Shown piece by piece: positions 8,728 to 18,482 of a stretch of 64,000 nucleotides of DNA. This DNA comes from Acidimicrobiia bacterium (lineage in GTDB: Bacteria > Actinomycetota > Acidimicrobiia > Spongiisociales > UBA11373), in NCBI GenBank assembly GCA_035464675.1, contig DATHSA010000046.1:461-64460 (forward strand), read 5' to 3'. Within the stretch, counting starts at the first letter, position 1, and every line of letters starts with the position of its first letter. The notes below the pieces were generated by a model, which was not told the DNA's origin, did no database searches, and worked only from the letters and a program-made list of their open reading frames with translations. The position numbers and the translations under genes were made by a program.

Positions 8728-10577
8728 GTCGTGTCCTGCTGGTACACCGACCGCTCCCCCTGCAGGTGACCGCGGAGCGTGCCCGCCACGGAATCCGGCA
8801 CGACCTCCGCCAACTCCTCGCGGGTCGCCTCCCTGATCTTCTTCACCGACCCGAAGTGCTTGAGCAATGCCCGCTTCCTCGCCGGCCCTATGCCGGGGAC
8901 CCCGTCCAGGACCGAGTCCACCATACGACGGCCGCGCAGGGTCCTGTGGTAGGCGACCGCGAAACGGTGGGCCTCGTCGCGGACTCGCTGGAGGAGGAAC
9001 AAGGCGTCTTCACCTCGCGGAATCCGAACGGGGTCGGCGTGACCTGGCAGGTACACCTCTTCCATCCGCTTGGCGAGACCCGCGACCGGGATGTCGAGAC
9101 CCAGTGTCTCGACCACCTTCACCGCACGCGACAGCTGCCCGGCGCCGCCGTCCACGAGAAGCAGGGAAGGCGGATACGCGAACTTGCCCCGCTCTTCGAC
9201 GGGCCGCGCACGCTCCTCCAGGTAGGCGGTGAGCCGCCGTTCGAGCACCTCCTCCATGGCGGCGAAATCGTCCTGGCCCTCCACCGATCGGATCTTGAAG
9301 CGCCGGTACTGGTTCCTCCGCGGGAGGCCGTCCTCCATCACCACCATCGACGCCACGGTGTCCCGTCCCTGGATTGTCGACACATCGAATGCCTCGATCC
9401 GGAGCGGTGGCTCGGGGAGCCCGAGCACGTCCTGGAGGCTCCGAAGAGCCTTGGCGCGGGCGTTGTGATCACTGCTGCGCCTGAGCCGATGGCGAGCAAA
9501 TTCCTCACGAGCGTTGGTGTGCGCCGTCTCCATGAGCCGGCGTTTCGACCCACGCATCGGGATCCGCAGCCGGACCTTCGATCCCCGGCGAGCCGAAAGC
9601 CACTCATCCCAGACCTCGGGCTCATCGGGGAGCGCCTGCACCAACACCTCGGGCGGCGGGGATTCGTCGCCGTAGACCTGGAGGAGCATCCGCTCCATCA
9701 GCTCCGACGTCGTGACATCCTCGACCTTGTCGAGGACCGTGGCGATGCGACCCGTCACCCTCCCCCTGCGGACGGTCAGCACGACGAGGGCTGCCTCGAG
9801 CTCGTCCTCCTCCACCGAGAACAGGTCGAAGTCCTCCCTCCGCTGCGTCGCCACTTCTTGTTTGGCGAGCGCCCGTTCGACTGCCTGAAGCCGATCCCTC
9901 ACACGCGCCGCGCGCTCGTAGTCGAGGGCATCCGCCGCACCGGTCATCTCCTCGCGGAGCTCGCGCACGATGTCGTCGGAGTCTCCGGCAAGGAAGTCGG
10001 CGAGCCCCTCGACATGCCGGGCGTACTCGTCCGGAGTCACCTCGCCGACGCACGGGCCGGAGCAGCGCTCGATGTGAAACAACAGGCATGGGCGTCCCGC
10101 CGCCTGGTGCCTGCGGAACTTCGCGTTGGAGCACGTCCTCACCTGGAAGGTCCGTACGAGCAGGTCGAGTGTCTGCCGGATCGCATAGGCATGGGCATAC
10201 GGGCCGAAGTACTGATTGCCCTTCCGGCGCCGGCCCCGCATCACGGTGGCCCGGGGCCACTCCTCCGAGCGAGTGATCGCCAGATAGGGAAACGACTTGT
10301 CGTCGCGGAGGCGGATGTTGAACCGGGGACGGTGCTTCTGGATCAGGCTGTATTCGACCATCAGGGCCTCGACCTCGTTGTCGGTGACGATCCAGTCGAC
10401 CGAGTCGGCGCTGTCGACCATGGCCCGGGTGCGGGTGCTCAGGTCCCCGAGGAAATAGGTGGTGACGCGCTTGCGCAGCGATTTCGCCTTTCCCGCATAC
10501 AGGACCGCACCGTGGCGATCACGAAACAGGTAGGCCCCGGGAGCGTCCGGGATCTCATCGGGGAGGGGCCGGCGCAT
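8724..10577 (-). CDS. uvrC: Excinuclease ABC subunit C
   Basis: GIY-YIG (GAYLF..YAGKAKSLRKR), UVR domain, RIEAFDVS, LVDGGAGQ and HhH; ATG 10577 chosen because TACACT lies 7 nt upstream. Confidence 0.96.
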   Translation of the reverse strand: MRRPLPDEIPDAPGAYLFRDRHGAVLYAGKAKSLRKRVTTYFLGDLSTRTRAMVDSADSVDWIVTDNEVEALMVEYSLIQKHRPRFNIRLRDDKSFPYLAITRSEEWPRATVMRGRRRKGNQYFGPYAHAYAIRQTLDLLVRTFQVRTCSNAKFRRHQAAGRPCLLFHIERCSGPCVGEVTPDEYARHVEGLADFLAGDSDDIVRELREEMTGAADALDYERAARVRDRLQAVERALAKQEVATQRREDFDLFSVEEDELEAALVVLTVRRGRVTGRIATVLDKVEDVTTSELMERMLLQVYGDESPPPEVLVQALPDEPEVWDEWLSARRGSKVRLRIPMRGSKRRLMETAHTNAREEFARHRLRRSSDHNARAKALRSLQDVLGLPEPPLRIEAFDVSTIQGRDTVASMVVMEDGLPRRNQYRRFKIRSVEGQDDFAAMEEVLERRLTAYLEERARPVEERGKFAYPPSLLLVDGGAGQLSRAVKVVETLGLDIPVAGLAKRMEEVYLPGHADPVRIPRGEDALFLLQRVRDEAHRFAVAYHRTLRGRRMVDSVLDGVPGIGPARKRALLKHFGSVKKIREATREELAEVVPDSVAGTLRGHLQGERSVYQQDTT

Positions 10578-10745
10578 GGGTGAGAGTGTATGGGGACCCG
10601 AATCCTGGTCCGACAAAGACCCCGCGGGCCGATGGGCGGGAGCCGACTCGAGGTCCGGCAGGCGGGTGAGGGAACAATCGTCCCGTTGTGGCCGGATGCC
10701 CCGATGCGCCTCGAGGAATCGAACCCCCGGCCTGCTCCCTCGCCG

Positions 10746-11519
10746 TCACCCGGGACCCGCTCGACCTTGCTTCCAGTAGCCCCGAACCGTCGCCCTCCTC
10801 CGCTCGATGCCCCGCTCGGCGAGAAGTGTCCGAATGCGATGCATCGCCGCAGCCTCTCCGGCTGCCCAGACGCGGGCCCGCTCCCCGATGCTCGCGGACG
10901 CCACCGCAGCCACGAGAGCCGTCCCCGGCGCGTCTCCCGGCGCGAGGTCGTGCCACGACACGATGCCCGGCAGGTCGATGCGCGCGTCGGGGCGCGCCAC
11001 CTCGATGGCGGCGCGTATCGGGACATCGGACCATTCGATCAGCTGGCCGATCGCGGGGATCGCCGCCTCGTCACCGAACAGATGCAGGGGGTCCGCCGTC
11101 GGATCGATGTCATACCCACGCCCGGTCCCCGATATCGCCGCGGGATCACCCTGCCCGCAGGAGAGAGCCCAGCCCGAAGCCCCTTCGTCGCCGTGGAGCA
11201 CGATGTCGAGGTCCAGCTCCCAGGGATCGGTGCGGAGCAGTCTCGGCGTGAAGGTGCGGATGAGCGGCCGGAGATCGTCGGGCAGGAGGAACTCGTTGCC
11301 GCTCCACCGGGGCATGACGAGCTCTGTGGCGCCCGTCGACGGCAGCAGCAGCCGCACGCTCGCAGCCGGTTGGGTGACCTCGAGGCCCTCGAGCTCAGGA
11401 CCCCCGAACGTGATCCGTCTCAGGTGGGGGCTCAGGTCGATCGCGCGAACGACGGCGACGCGTCGGAAGGCAGGGGGCTCACGCCGAATGGCGCGCACGT
11501 CCTCGGCACCCGCACTCAT
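10746..11519 (-). CDS. Siderophore-interacting protein (FAD-binding, ViuB/SIP family)
   Basis: LSPHLRRITFGG, RTFTPR, DLDIVLHG, GDEAAIPAIG, WAAGEAAAM and VRGYWKQG motifs. Confidence 0.9.
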   Translation of the reverse strand: MSAGAEDVRAIRREPPAFRRVAVVRAIDLSPHLRRITFGGPELEGLEVTQPAASVRLLLPSTGATELVMPRWSGNEFLLPDDLRPLIRTFTPRLLRTDPWELDLDIVLHGDEGASGWALSCGQGDPAAISGTGRGYDIDPTADPLHLFGDEAAIPAIGQLIEWSDVPIRAAIEVARPDARIDLPGIVSWHDLAPGDAPGTALVAAVASASIGERARVWAAGEAAAMHRIRTLLAERGIERRRATVRGYWKQGRAGPG

Positions 11520-11577
11520 GGGACGATGGTCGCACGTCGTCCGCGGCCGGCCGCCATTCACCCGCCCGGCGGCCTCG

Positions 11578-14397
11578 TCAGGACTTCCCGATCCAGCTTC
11601 TCTTGCCGGTCACCGGCGACATCCGGTCGCCTGCGGTCGGGTCCCGCAGGATCTCGAACGGCCCTTCCCCGGCGTCGATCCAAGAACCGGCTCTCCCGCT
11701 CACCCGCATCTTCCATCGAGCCTTGCATGCGCATTCGCCATGGCCGCCACAGTCGTTCTTCTCGCAGTCGATGGGGGTCAGATCCACCTGGATCTGCAGA
11801 TCGTGCTCCAGCGCCGCGTCGATGTGAGCCGTCACCCGCTCGGTGGTGGCGTACACCTCCCGGGGCACGATCTGACCGGCGACGATGTCGACGTCGTTCT
11901 CGATGGTGACCAAGAGATCGTCCCTCTCGACGGCATCACTGGCACGGTCGTTCTCCGAGACCTCATACGTCGCCCGGTCCCTCTCGACATGGTCGTGCGA
12001 GTCGGATGGGACATGCGGAACGCCACCGGCCCTCATTCTCGACTCGGCGAGTGGCGATCGCTCCAGTTCGTCTGGATCCGTTCCCGTCCAATCGGCGACG
12101 CCGGCAAAGATGTTTCCCGGACCTGTGATCCAGCCGCCGACGAAGCCGAACGCATTCAGTTCCACGGGGCAGGGGTCTCCGGCGTCGTTCGTGCACTCCT
12201 GCGTCGCCAGCAGTTCGAGATCGCTCTCGGCCGAGACGCTGTAGAGGTTGCGATATTCGGGGCACTTGGCCTCGAGCGTGATGTCGACATCGGTGATCTC
12301 GCGATGCTCGAGATGAGCGGCGACCTGCGGCGGCTCGGGTCCTTCCTGCCAGTAAGGATCCAGAGGAACCGCCGGCTTGTCCTTCGGATCCCCCAGTCCC
12401 TGCATCCAGTCGAGGCGGCCGGCGGGGCCGCTGCGGGTGGACGCGTTCGCCGAGAAGTCCACCCACCTCCAGCCGTAGTCGAAGTCGGGGATCCGGAGCC
12501 TCTCGGCGTCGTCGTCCTGTCGGCCACGCGCAGCCTGCTTGTGCGTCACCACATCGGTCGTCACGCGAACGACGTACTTGCAGCACAGATGCTGACCCTT
12601 CGCCGGCTCCCGAATCGCGATCTCCGCCGTGCCGTCGTGGAAGTAGAGACCCCATCCACACTCCCGAGAGTCGATGTGCTCACCGTGGGCGATCGGAGGC
12701 GCCGTGTCGCCCGGATGGTCCTCGTGCCCGCCCCGCTCACGCGTGCGGCCGATCCCCGGGGTTCCCGTCGATGTGCCAGGTTCCGACCCGCGGCGCTGGT
12801 TCCACTGCCAGAGCAGCCAGAGGAGCACGAGCGCGATCACGACGACGAGCAGGATCAGGAGGATCGAGGATCCGCCCGAGTCCGAGGTCGACTCGCCGGG
12901 TGCATCCGTGGTCACCGTGCTGGCTGCTCGCGTGGTGCTGGTGGACGTGGTGGCGCTCGGAGGTGGAGCGATACCCTGATCGGTCACCAGATCGAACGAC
13001 CGGTACAGATCCACGCCATCCCCGGCAGGATCCTCGGTCTCGATCTCGCCGATCGGGACCGGGAACTGATTCCCGACGGCCTGGCGCTCCGTGGTGTCCT
13101 CATCCACCCAGAATGCAGTTCCCGTGTAGAGCGTGATCATGTCGCTCTCGGACGGCACCATCGATCGGTCGATTCCAAGGTGGAAGTTGACGGATCCGTC
13201 GCTCATCACCCATATCGCCGAAGGCATCACCTCTTCACCCGAAGGGCTGGTGCCGAACAGCGAGTGCTCGCCTGCGTGGAACTCCGTCCCCAGCAAAGGA
13301 GATGTCGTGCTGTCGTATTGCGCGGCGACCTGAAGCCCGGCGGAGAAGAACTGGTCCAGCCAGTACGAGGTGGTGTCGACGGTCGGCCAGGGCTCCAGGA
13401 ACCGGAGGTTGGCCCATAGCCCCTCGTCCTCGTCCCAGAACAGCCTGGCGCCGATGAGGTCCCACTGGGGTGCGAACCCGACGTTGATCGTGAACCGCTC
13501 CTCGTCGTCATAGACCGGTTCGAGGCCTCCTTGCCGGCCGTCGCTTCCGAAGTTCGCTGGATAGACGGTGACCTTGCGCGGGGCGTCGGGGTCGAAGCGA
13601 AACTCGGGATTCAGCACGATGTCGCCGGCGTACCCGTACTCGGCGATGCGCTGCTCGGGTCTCTGCATGAAGGCGTCGGCGGGCACATACATGCCGACCG
13701 TGGACCCGTCGGCCCACGCCAGACCGCCGCCGTCCTCGTACGTGCGCAGCGCCCCGCCGTCGTTGATGAAGAGCCCGGCGAACCACGCGAGGGAGGGATC
13801 CGACTGGCCTGCCTCGTTGTAGAAGCCGGCGATGTGGCTCGCGCCCGTCCACGAGTCGCCGGGGAAGCTCGAGGCGTATCTCTCGCTGCCCTCGACGTAG
13901 AACGGCCAGGCGATGTTGAGGCCGATGTCGGGCTCGTCGAACGGGACCGGTCCCTCCATCTCCGCCCAGAACCAGACGTAGAGCCGGTCGAGCTCCATCG
14001 CCCCCGTCCCCAGTGGGATCAGGAGTTCGTCCTCGTCGACGATCGTGCCGTCCAGCGAGGGTGGAAGGAACTGAGGGTCGGTGAAGCGGACGTACTCGAT
14101 CCCGATCGCCGTCGGAACGGTCCCTGCGGCCTCGTCGGCGTCGACGCCCGGCTCGCCGAGCGGGTCGTCGGCGAACCCGTACATCTGGGTGGCGCCCTGA
14201 ATGTCCCACGAGTGAGAGAGGAGTGACTCGATCTGGAGGTCGTTGAACCCGTACTCCCGGGCCTCAGCGGCGATGGGCCTCGCTCCGGCCGTGGCCGAGG
14301 ACATCGACCGCTCCGCCACACCCAGGGCCGTCATCAGCACCAGCGTCACCGCGGCAATTCGAGTTGCTTTCGACCTCTGCACTTCCCCCGCCCCCAT
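11578..14397 (-). CDS. Large hypothetical single-pass membrane protein (939 aa)
   Basis: Long ORF with signal-like N-terminus, Thr/Ser linker, TM helix ILLILLVVVIALVLLWLLW and a Cys-rich C-terminal domain; no family recognised. Confidence 0.8.
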   Translation of the reverse strand: MGAGEVQRSKATRIAAVTLVLMTALGVAERSMSSATAGARPIAAEAREYGFNDLQIESLLSHSWDIQGATQMYGFADDPLGEPGVDADEAAGTVPTAIGIEYVRFTDPQFLPPSLDGTIVDEDELLIPLGTGAMELDRLYVWFWAEMEGPVPFDEPDIGLNIAWPFYVEGSERYASSFPGDSWTGASHIAGFYNEAGQSDPSLAWFAGLFINDGGALRTYEDGGGLAWADGSTVGMYVPADAFMQRPEQRIAEYGYAGDIVLNPEFRFDPDAPRKVTVYPANFGSDGRQGGLEPVYDDEERFTINVGFAPQWDLIGARLFWDEDEGLWANLRFLEPWPTVDTTSYWLDQFFSAGLQVAAQYDSTTSPLLGTEFHAGEHSLFGTSPSGEEVMPSAIWVMSDGSVNFHLGIDRSMVPSESDMITLYTGTAFWVDEDTTERQAVGNQFPVPIGEIETEDPAGDGVDLYRSFDLVTDQGIAPPPSATTSTSTTRAASTVTTDAPGESTSDSGGSSILLILLVVVIALVLLWLLWQWNQRRGSEPGTSTGTPGIGRTRERGGHEDHPGDTAPPIAHGEHIDSRECGWGLYFHDGTAEIAIREPAKGQHLCCKYVVRVTTDVVTHKQAARGRQDDDAERLRIPDFDYGWRWVDFSANASTRSGPAGRLDWMQGLGDPKDKPAVPLDPYWQEGPEPPQVAAHLEHREITDVDITLEAKCPEYRNLYSVSAESDLELLATQECTNDAGDPCPVELNAFGFVGGWITGPGNIFAGVADWTGTDPDELERSPLAESRMRAGGVPHVPSDSHDHVERDRATYEVSENDRASDAVERDDLLVTIENDVDIVAGQIVPREVYATTERVTAHIDAALEHDLQIQVDLTPIDCEKNDCGGHGECACKARWKMRVSGRAGSWIDAGEGPFEILRDPTAGDRMSPVTGKRSWIGKS

Positions 14398-14413
14398 CGC
14401 CGAGGCGGGAACC

Positions 14414-15139
14414 CTACCCGGGGCGATCCGCCGGTGCCGCGACGCGTCGCCAGCGAGCGGCGAGCAGTCGCGGCAGCTCGATCTGTCCCGCGATGATCGG
14501 ATCGATGGCGGCGCGTTCTGGCCCGGCGCCCCTCTCGGAGATCGCTTCCAGGGCCCATCCGACCGAGGCTGCCGCGCCCATGAGATCCGAGAGGGTTCTG
14601 TGGTGGAAGCGGATGATGAGATCGCCCGCCGGCTCCTCGGTGTGGCCGCGCGCGAAGTACCGACCCCACCGCCACAGGACCTCGCCGTCGTCGTCGATGA
14701 TCGGCGCCGAGTCCGGCGCCGTGATGAGTGGATGGTTGATCACCAGTGCGAGCACTCCCCCCGGCCGGGTCACCCGGGCTGCCTCGGAGAACAGCCGGGC
14801 ATGGTCCTCGAGATGCTCGAGCACGAGCACGACGACCACGCCGTCGACCGCCTCGTCGCGGACGAATCCGAGATCCGGGAGCGTGCCGACGACCACAGGA
14901 GCGACCGTCGACGCCTCGGCGGCGAGCCTGGGCGAGGCATCGACTCCAATGGACCGGGCGCCTGTCGCGGCGACGGCGGCGAGCACCCTTCCCTCGCCGC
15001 ACCCCAGGTCCAGGTAGGTCTTCCCCGCCTCGGGTCGCAACACCTCCAGGGCGAGAGGGAGCACCTCGGATCGATACGCCGGATCGGATGCCACCTCGTC
15101 GAGCCACCACTCGGCGAGGGACTCATCCCACTCCGTCAC
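14414..15139 (-). CDS. Class I SAM-dependent methyltransferase
   Basis: YLDLGCGEG motif I, GVDAS, LVLEHL and RVTRPGG; TAGTG overlap with the uvrA stop. Confidence 0.9.
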   Translation of the reverse strand: MTEWDESLAEWWLDEVASDPAYRSEVLPLALEVLRPEAGKTYLDLGCGEGRVLAAVAATGARSIGVDASPRLAAEASTVAPVVVGTLPDLGFVRDEAVDGVVVVLVLEHLEDHARLFSEAARVTRPGGVLALVINHPLITAPDSAPIIDDDGEVLWRWGRYFARGHTEEPAGDLIIRFHHRTLSDLMGAAASVGWALEAISERGAGPERAAIDPIIAGQIELPRLLAARWRRVAAPADRPG

Positions 15140-17961
15140 TACCCGAGCACCTCGCGAAGGAACTTCCCGGTGTACGACTCGGAGATGGTGGCCACCGTCT
15201 CGGGCGAACCCTGGGCGACGATGCGCCCACCCTCTTCGCCGCCCTCGGGGCCGAGGTCGATGATCCAGTCAGCGGACTTGACGACGTCGAGGTTGTGCTC
15301 GATCACGAGAACGGTGTTCCCTCCATCGACGAGGCGCTGCAGCACGCCGAGAAGCTTGCGGACGTCCTCGAAATGCAGGCCGGTCGTCGGCTCGTCGAGG
15401 ATGTAGAACGTGCTGCCGGTGGAACGCTTGCCCAGCTCGCTCGCAAGCTTCACCCGCTGGGCCTCCCCACCCGAGAGGGTCGGTGCCGGCTGGCCGAGAC
15501 GGATGTAGCCCAGGCCCACGTCGTAGATCGTCTGCAGCACCCGGGCGATCCGGGGCTGGTTCTCGAAGAAGTCGAGGGCCTCGCTCACCGACATGTCGAG
15601 TACGTCCGAGATCGTGTGGCCCTTCCACAGGATCTCGAGCGTCTCCCTGTTGTAGCGCTTCCCCTTGCACTGCTCGCATGGGATGTAGACGTCCGGCAGG
15701 AAGTGCATCTCGATCTTGATCGTCCCGTCACCCTTGCATGCCTCGCAGCGGCCTCCTGAAACATTGAACGAGAACCGACCGGGCTTGTAGCCCCGGGCGC
15801 GCGCCTCGGGCACAGATGAGTACAGCTCGCGGATCCGGTCGAAGACCTTCGTGTAGGTCGCCGGGTTCGACCGCGGCGTCCGTCCGATCGGCGACTGGTC
15901 GATGTCGATGGCCTTGTCGATCCTGTCCAGGCCCTCGACCCGCCGGTGCCTGCCCGGGATCTCCCGGCTCCGGTACAACTCGAAGTGCATCGCCTTGGCC
16001 AGGATCTCCTCGACCAGAGTCGACTTGCCGCTCCCGGAGACGCCCGTCACCGCGATGAAGAGGCCGAGCGGAAACTCGACATCGATCTTCTTCAGGTTGT
16101 TCTCCTCGGCCCCCACGACCTTGATGGTCTCGCCCGAAGGCTCGCGACGGGTGTCGGGGATGGCGATGGCGCGTCGGCCGGCGAGATAGTCCCCGGTGAT
16201 CGACGACGGCTCGCCGGTGATGACCGGGAGTGCGCCCTCGGCCACGATACGCCCCCCGTGCTCCCCTGCGCCGGGGCCGATGTCCACGATGTGATCGGCG
16301 ACGCGAATGGTCTCTTCGTCGTGCTCGACCACGATCACGGTGTTGCCGAGATCGCGCAGCCTCACCAGCGTCTCGACGAGGCGCTGGTTGTCGCGCTGGT
16401 GGAGTCCGATCGACGGCTCGTCGAGGATGTAGAGCACACCCACCAGGCCGGACCCGATCTGGGTGGCGAGCCGGATCCGCTGCGCCTCTCCCCCGGCAAG
16501 GGTGGCGGCCCCGCGTGCCAGGGTCAGGTAGTCGAGCCCCACATCCAGGAGGAACCGGAGACGGGCGCCGATCTCCTTGAGCACTGCCTCTGCGATGGTC
16601 CGATCCCGGTCGTCGAGATCGAGGTCCTCGACGACCGCGTGTGCGTCCCGGAGCGAGAGCGTCGAGATCTCGTGGATGTTCCGGCCGCCGACGGTCACCG
16701 ACAGCGACACCGGGTTGAGACGGCCGCCACCGCACGCCTCACAGGGCACGAGCCGCATGTACTGCTCGTAGGACTCCCTCGCCGACTCGGAGTCCGCCGA
16801 CTCGTGCCGCCGACTCAGCCACGGAATCAAGCCCTCATAGGTCGTCTGGTACCGCCGCTGGCGCCCGAATCGATTGACATAGGAGACGGTGATCGGGTCC
16901 TCGCCGGTCCCCTCGAGGACGATCTCGAGGGCGTTCTTCGACAGCTTCTTGAACGGCGTGTCCATGGAGAAGCCGTGCTTCGACGCCACCCCATCCAGAA
17001 CCCGCTGGTAGTAGGACGAGCGGTGCCTGCCCACCCACGGGGTGATTGCGCCCTCGGCGAGAGACTTCTCGTCGTCGGGGACCGCGAGGCGCCAATCCAC
17101 CTGGAACCGGGTCCCCAGCCCGTTGCACCCGGTGCACGCGCCGTAGGGGCTGTTGAAGGAGAAGTTTCGCGGCTGGAGCTCGTCGAACGAGAGCCCGCAG
17201 TGCTCGCAGGCCAGGTGCTGGCTGAAGGTGAGGACCGGCCCGTCGACGATGTCGACGACGGCGACGCCCTCGGACAGCCGCAGCGCGGTCTCCAGCGAGT
17301 CGGTCAGCCGTCGCTGGATGCCCTCCTTGTGCACGAGGCGGTCGACGACCACCTCGATGGTGTGCTGGAAGTAGCGATCGAGCTTGATGTCCTCGGTGAG
17401 GTCGCGCACCTCGCCATCGATCCTGGCGCGGCTGAAGCCCTCGCGGCTCAGTTCCTTGAGCAGGGCCTCGTACTCACCTTTGCGTCCTCGAACCACCGGC
17501 GCGAGGACCTGGAACCTGGTGCCTTCGTCCAGCTCGAGGATCTGGTCGACGATCTGTTGAGGTGTCTGGCGGGCGACCACGCGCCCGCACTGAGGGCAGT
17601 GCGGGACTCCGATGCGAGCGAAGAGCAGTCGCAGGTAGTCGTGGATCTCGGTGACGGTCCCCACGGTGGAGCGCGGGTTGCGGCTGGCCGTCTTCTGATC
17701 GATCGAGATCGCAGGCGAGAGGCCCTCGATGAATTCGACGTTCGGCTTCTCCATCTGCCCCAGGAACTGACGGGCATACGCGGAGAGGCTCTCCACATAG
17801 CGGCGCTGACCCTCGGCGTAGATCGTGTCGAATGCGAGGGAGGACTTACCCGAGCCGGACAGGCCCGTGAACACGATCAGTTTGCCGCGCGGCAGTTCCA
17901 GGGAGATGTTCTTCAGGTTGTGCTCGCGAGCACCCCTGATGACGATCGAATCGGAGGTCAT
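15139..17961 (-). CDS. uvrA: Excinuclease ABC subunit A
   Basis: Two ABC ATPase modules ([26 protein letters not shown]) and Cys zinc fingers. Confidence 0.98.
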   Translation of the reverse strand: MTSDSIVIRGAREHNLKNISLELPRGKLIVFTGLSGSGKSSLAFDTIYAEGQRRYVESLSAYARQFLGQMEKPNVEFIEGLSPAISIDQKTASRNPRSTVGTVTEIHDYLRLLFARIGVPHCPQCGRVVARQTPQQIVDQILELDEGTRFQVLAPVVRGRKGEYEALLKELSREGFSRARIDGEVRDLTEDIKLDRYFQHTIEVVVDRLVHKEGIQRRLTDSLETALRLSEGVAVVDIVDGPVLTFSQHLACEHCGLSFDELQPRNFSFNSPYGACTGCNGLGTRFQVDWRLAVPDDEKSLAEGAITPWVGRHRSSYYQRVLDGVASKHGFSMDTPFKKLSKNALEIVLEGTGEDPITVSYVNRFGRQRRYQTTYEGLIPWLSRRHESADSESARESYEQYMRLVPCEACGGGRLNPVSLSVTVGGRNIHEISTLSLRDAHAVVEDLDLDDRDRTIAEAVLKEIGARLRFLLDVGLDYLTLARGAATLAGGEAQRIRLATQIGSGLVGVLYILDEPSIGLHQRDNQRLVETLVRLRDLGNTVIVVEHDEETIRVADHIVDIGPGAGEHGGRIVAEGALPVITGEPSSITGDYLAGRRAIAIPDTRREPSGETIKVVGAEENNLKKIDVEFPLGLFIAVTGVSGSGKSTLVEEILAKAMHFELYRSREIPGRHRRVEGLDRIDKAIDIDQSPIGRTPRSNPATYTKVFDRIRELYSSVPEARARGYKPGRFSFNVSGGRCEACKGDGTIKIEMHFLPDVYIPCEQCKGKRYNRETLEILWKGHTISDVLDMSVSEALDFFENQPRIARVLQTIYDVGLGYIRLGQPAPTLSGGEAQRVKLASELGKRSTGSTFYILDEPTTGLHFEDVRKLLGVLQRLVDGGNTVLVIEHNLDVVKSADWIIDLGPEGGEEGGRIVAQGSPETVATISESYTGKFLREVLG

Positions 17962-18034
17962 GCCCGTCCCTGAACGCCGGAGGCGGGCATGATACTCCGG
18001 CCCGGTGACCGAATTTCAGGCGTGGGATTCGAAG

Positions 18035-18060
18035 TCCCGTTCCCCGTGTCCCGTTTCCCG
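18035..18060 (+). repeat. 7-bp tandem repeat (TCCCGTT CCCCGTG TCCCGTT TCCCG)
   Basis: Read directly in the uvrA-tatA divergent region. Confidence 0.65.
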
Positions 18061-18182
18061 CGCGTGGCAGGCCGCTGATGGAAGTCGCACGGTGCCGTGC
18101 TGGCCCTGGATCACAGGATGCGGGATTCCTCGGCTTCGACTTCTCCTACACTCGGTCACGTCCGTACTCCAGGGAGCTCTTC

Positions 18183-18380
18183 ATGTTCCGCCAGATAGGT
18201 GCCGGGGAGATCGTCCTGGTGCTCGCCGTCCTCCTTCTCCTCTTCGGCGCAAAGAAGCTCCCCGAACTCGCCCGCTCGTTGGGACGCTCCGCACGGGAGT
18301 TGAAAGAAGGAATGCGCGAGGGCCAGGAAGAGGTGGAGGCCGAGCACGCTCCGGAGGAGTCCGAGCCCGATTCGGGCTGA
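18183..18380 (+). CDS. tatA: Twin-arginine translocase TatA/TatE family subunit
   Basis: IGAGEIVLVLAVLLLLFGAKKLPELARSLGRSARELK; GGAG upstream of ATG 18183. Confidence 0.92.
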   Translation: MFRQIGAGEIVLVLAVLLLLFGAKKLPELARSLGRSARELKEGMREGQEEVEAEHAPEESEPDSG

Positions 18381-18383
18381 GCT

Positions 18384-18460
18384 GCCCGACGCCCGTCTCC
18401 CGTCGAAGAGGCGTCCAGATAACCCTCGCGAGCTCTTGCGGGCGACCGGCGACGGGCGAC
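18384..18460. repeat. Two 7-bp tandem-repeat tracts in opposite orientations (GCCCGWC-type at 18384-18404; GGGCGAC-type at 18440-18460)
   Basis: Read directly between the convergent tatA and uvrB stops. Confidence 0.7.
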
Positions 18461-18482
18461 GAAACCCCAGAACACCGGCGGC

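Noticed and set aside
18025-18045. LexA box upstream of uvrA (TCGAAG-TCCC-GTTCCC)
   Set aside because: Three mismatches to TCGAAC-N4-GTTCGA and it overlaps a heptamer repeat
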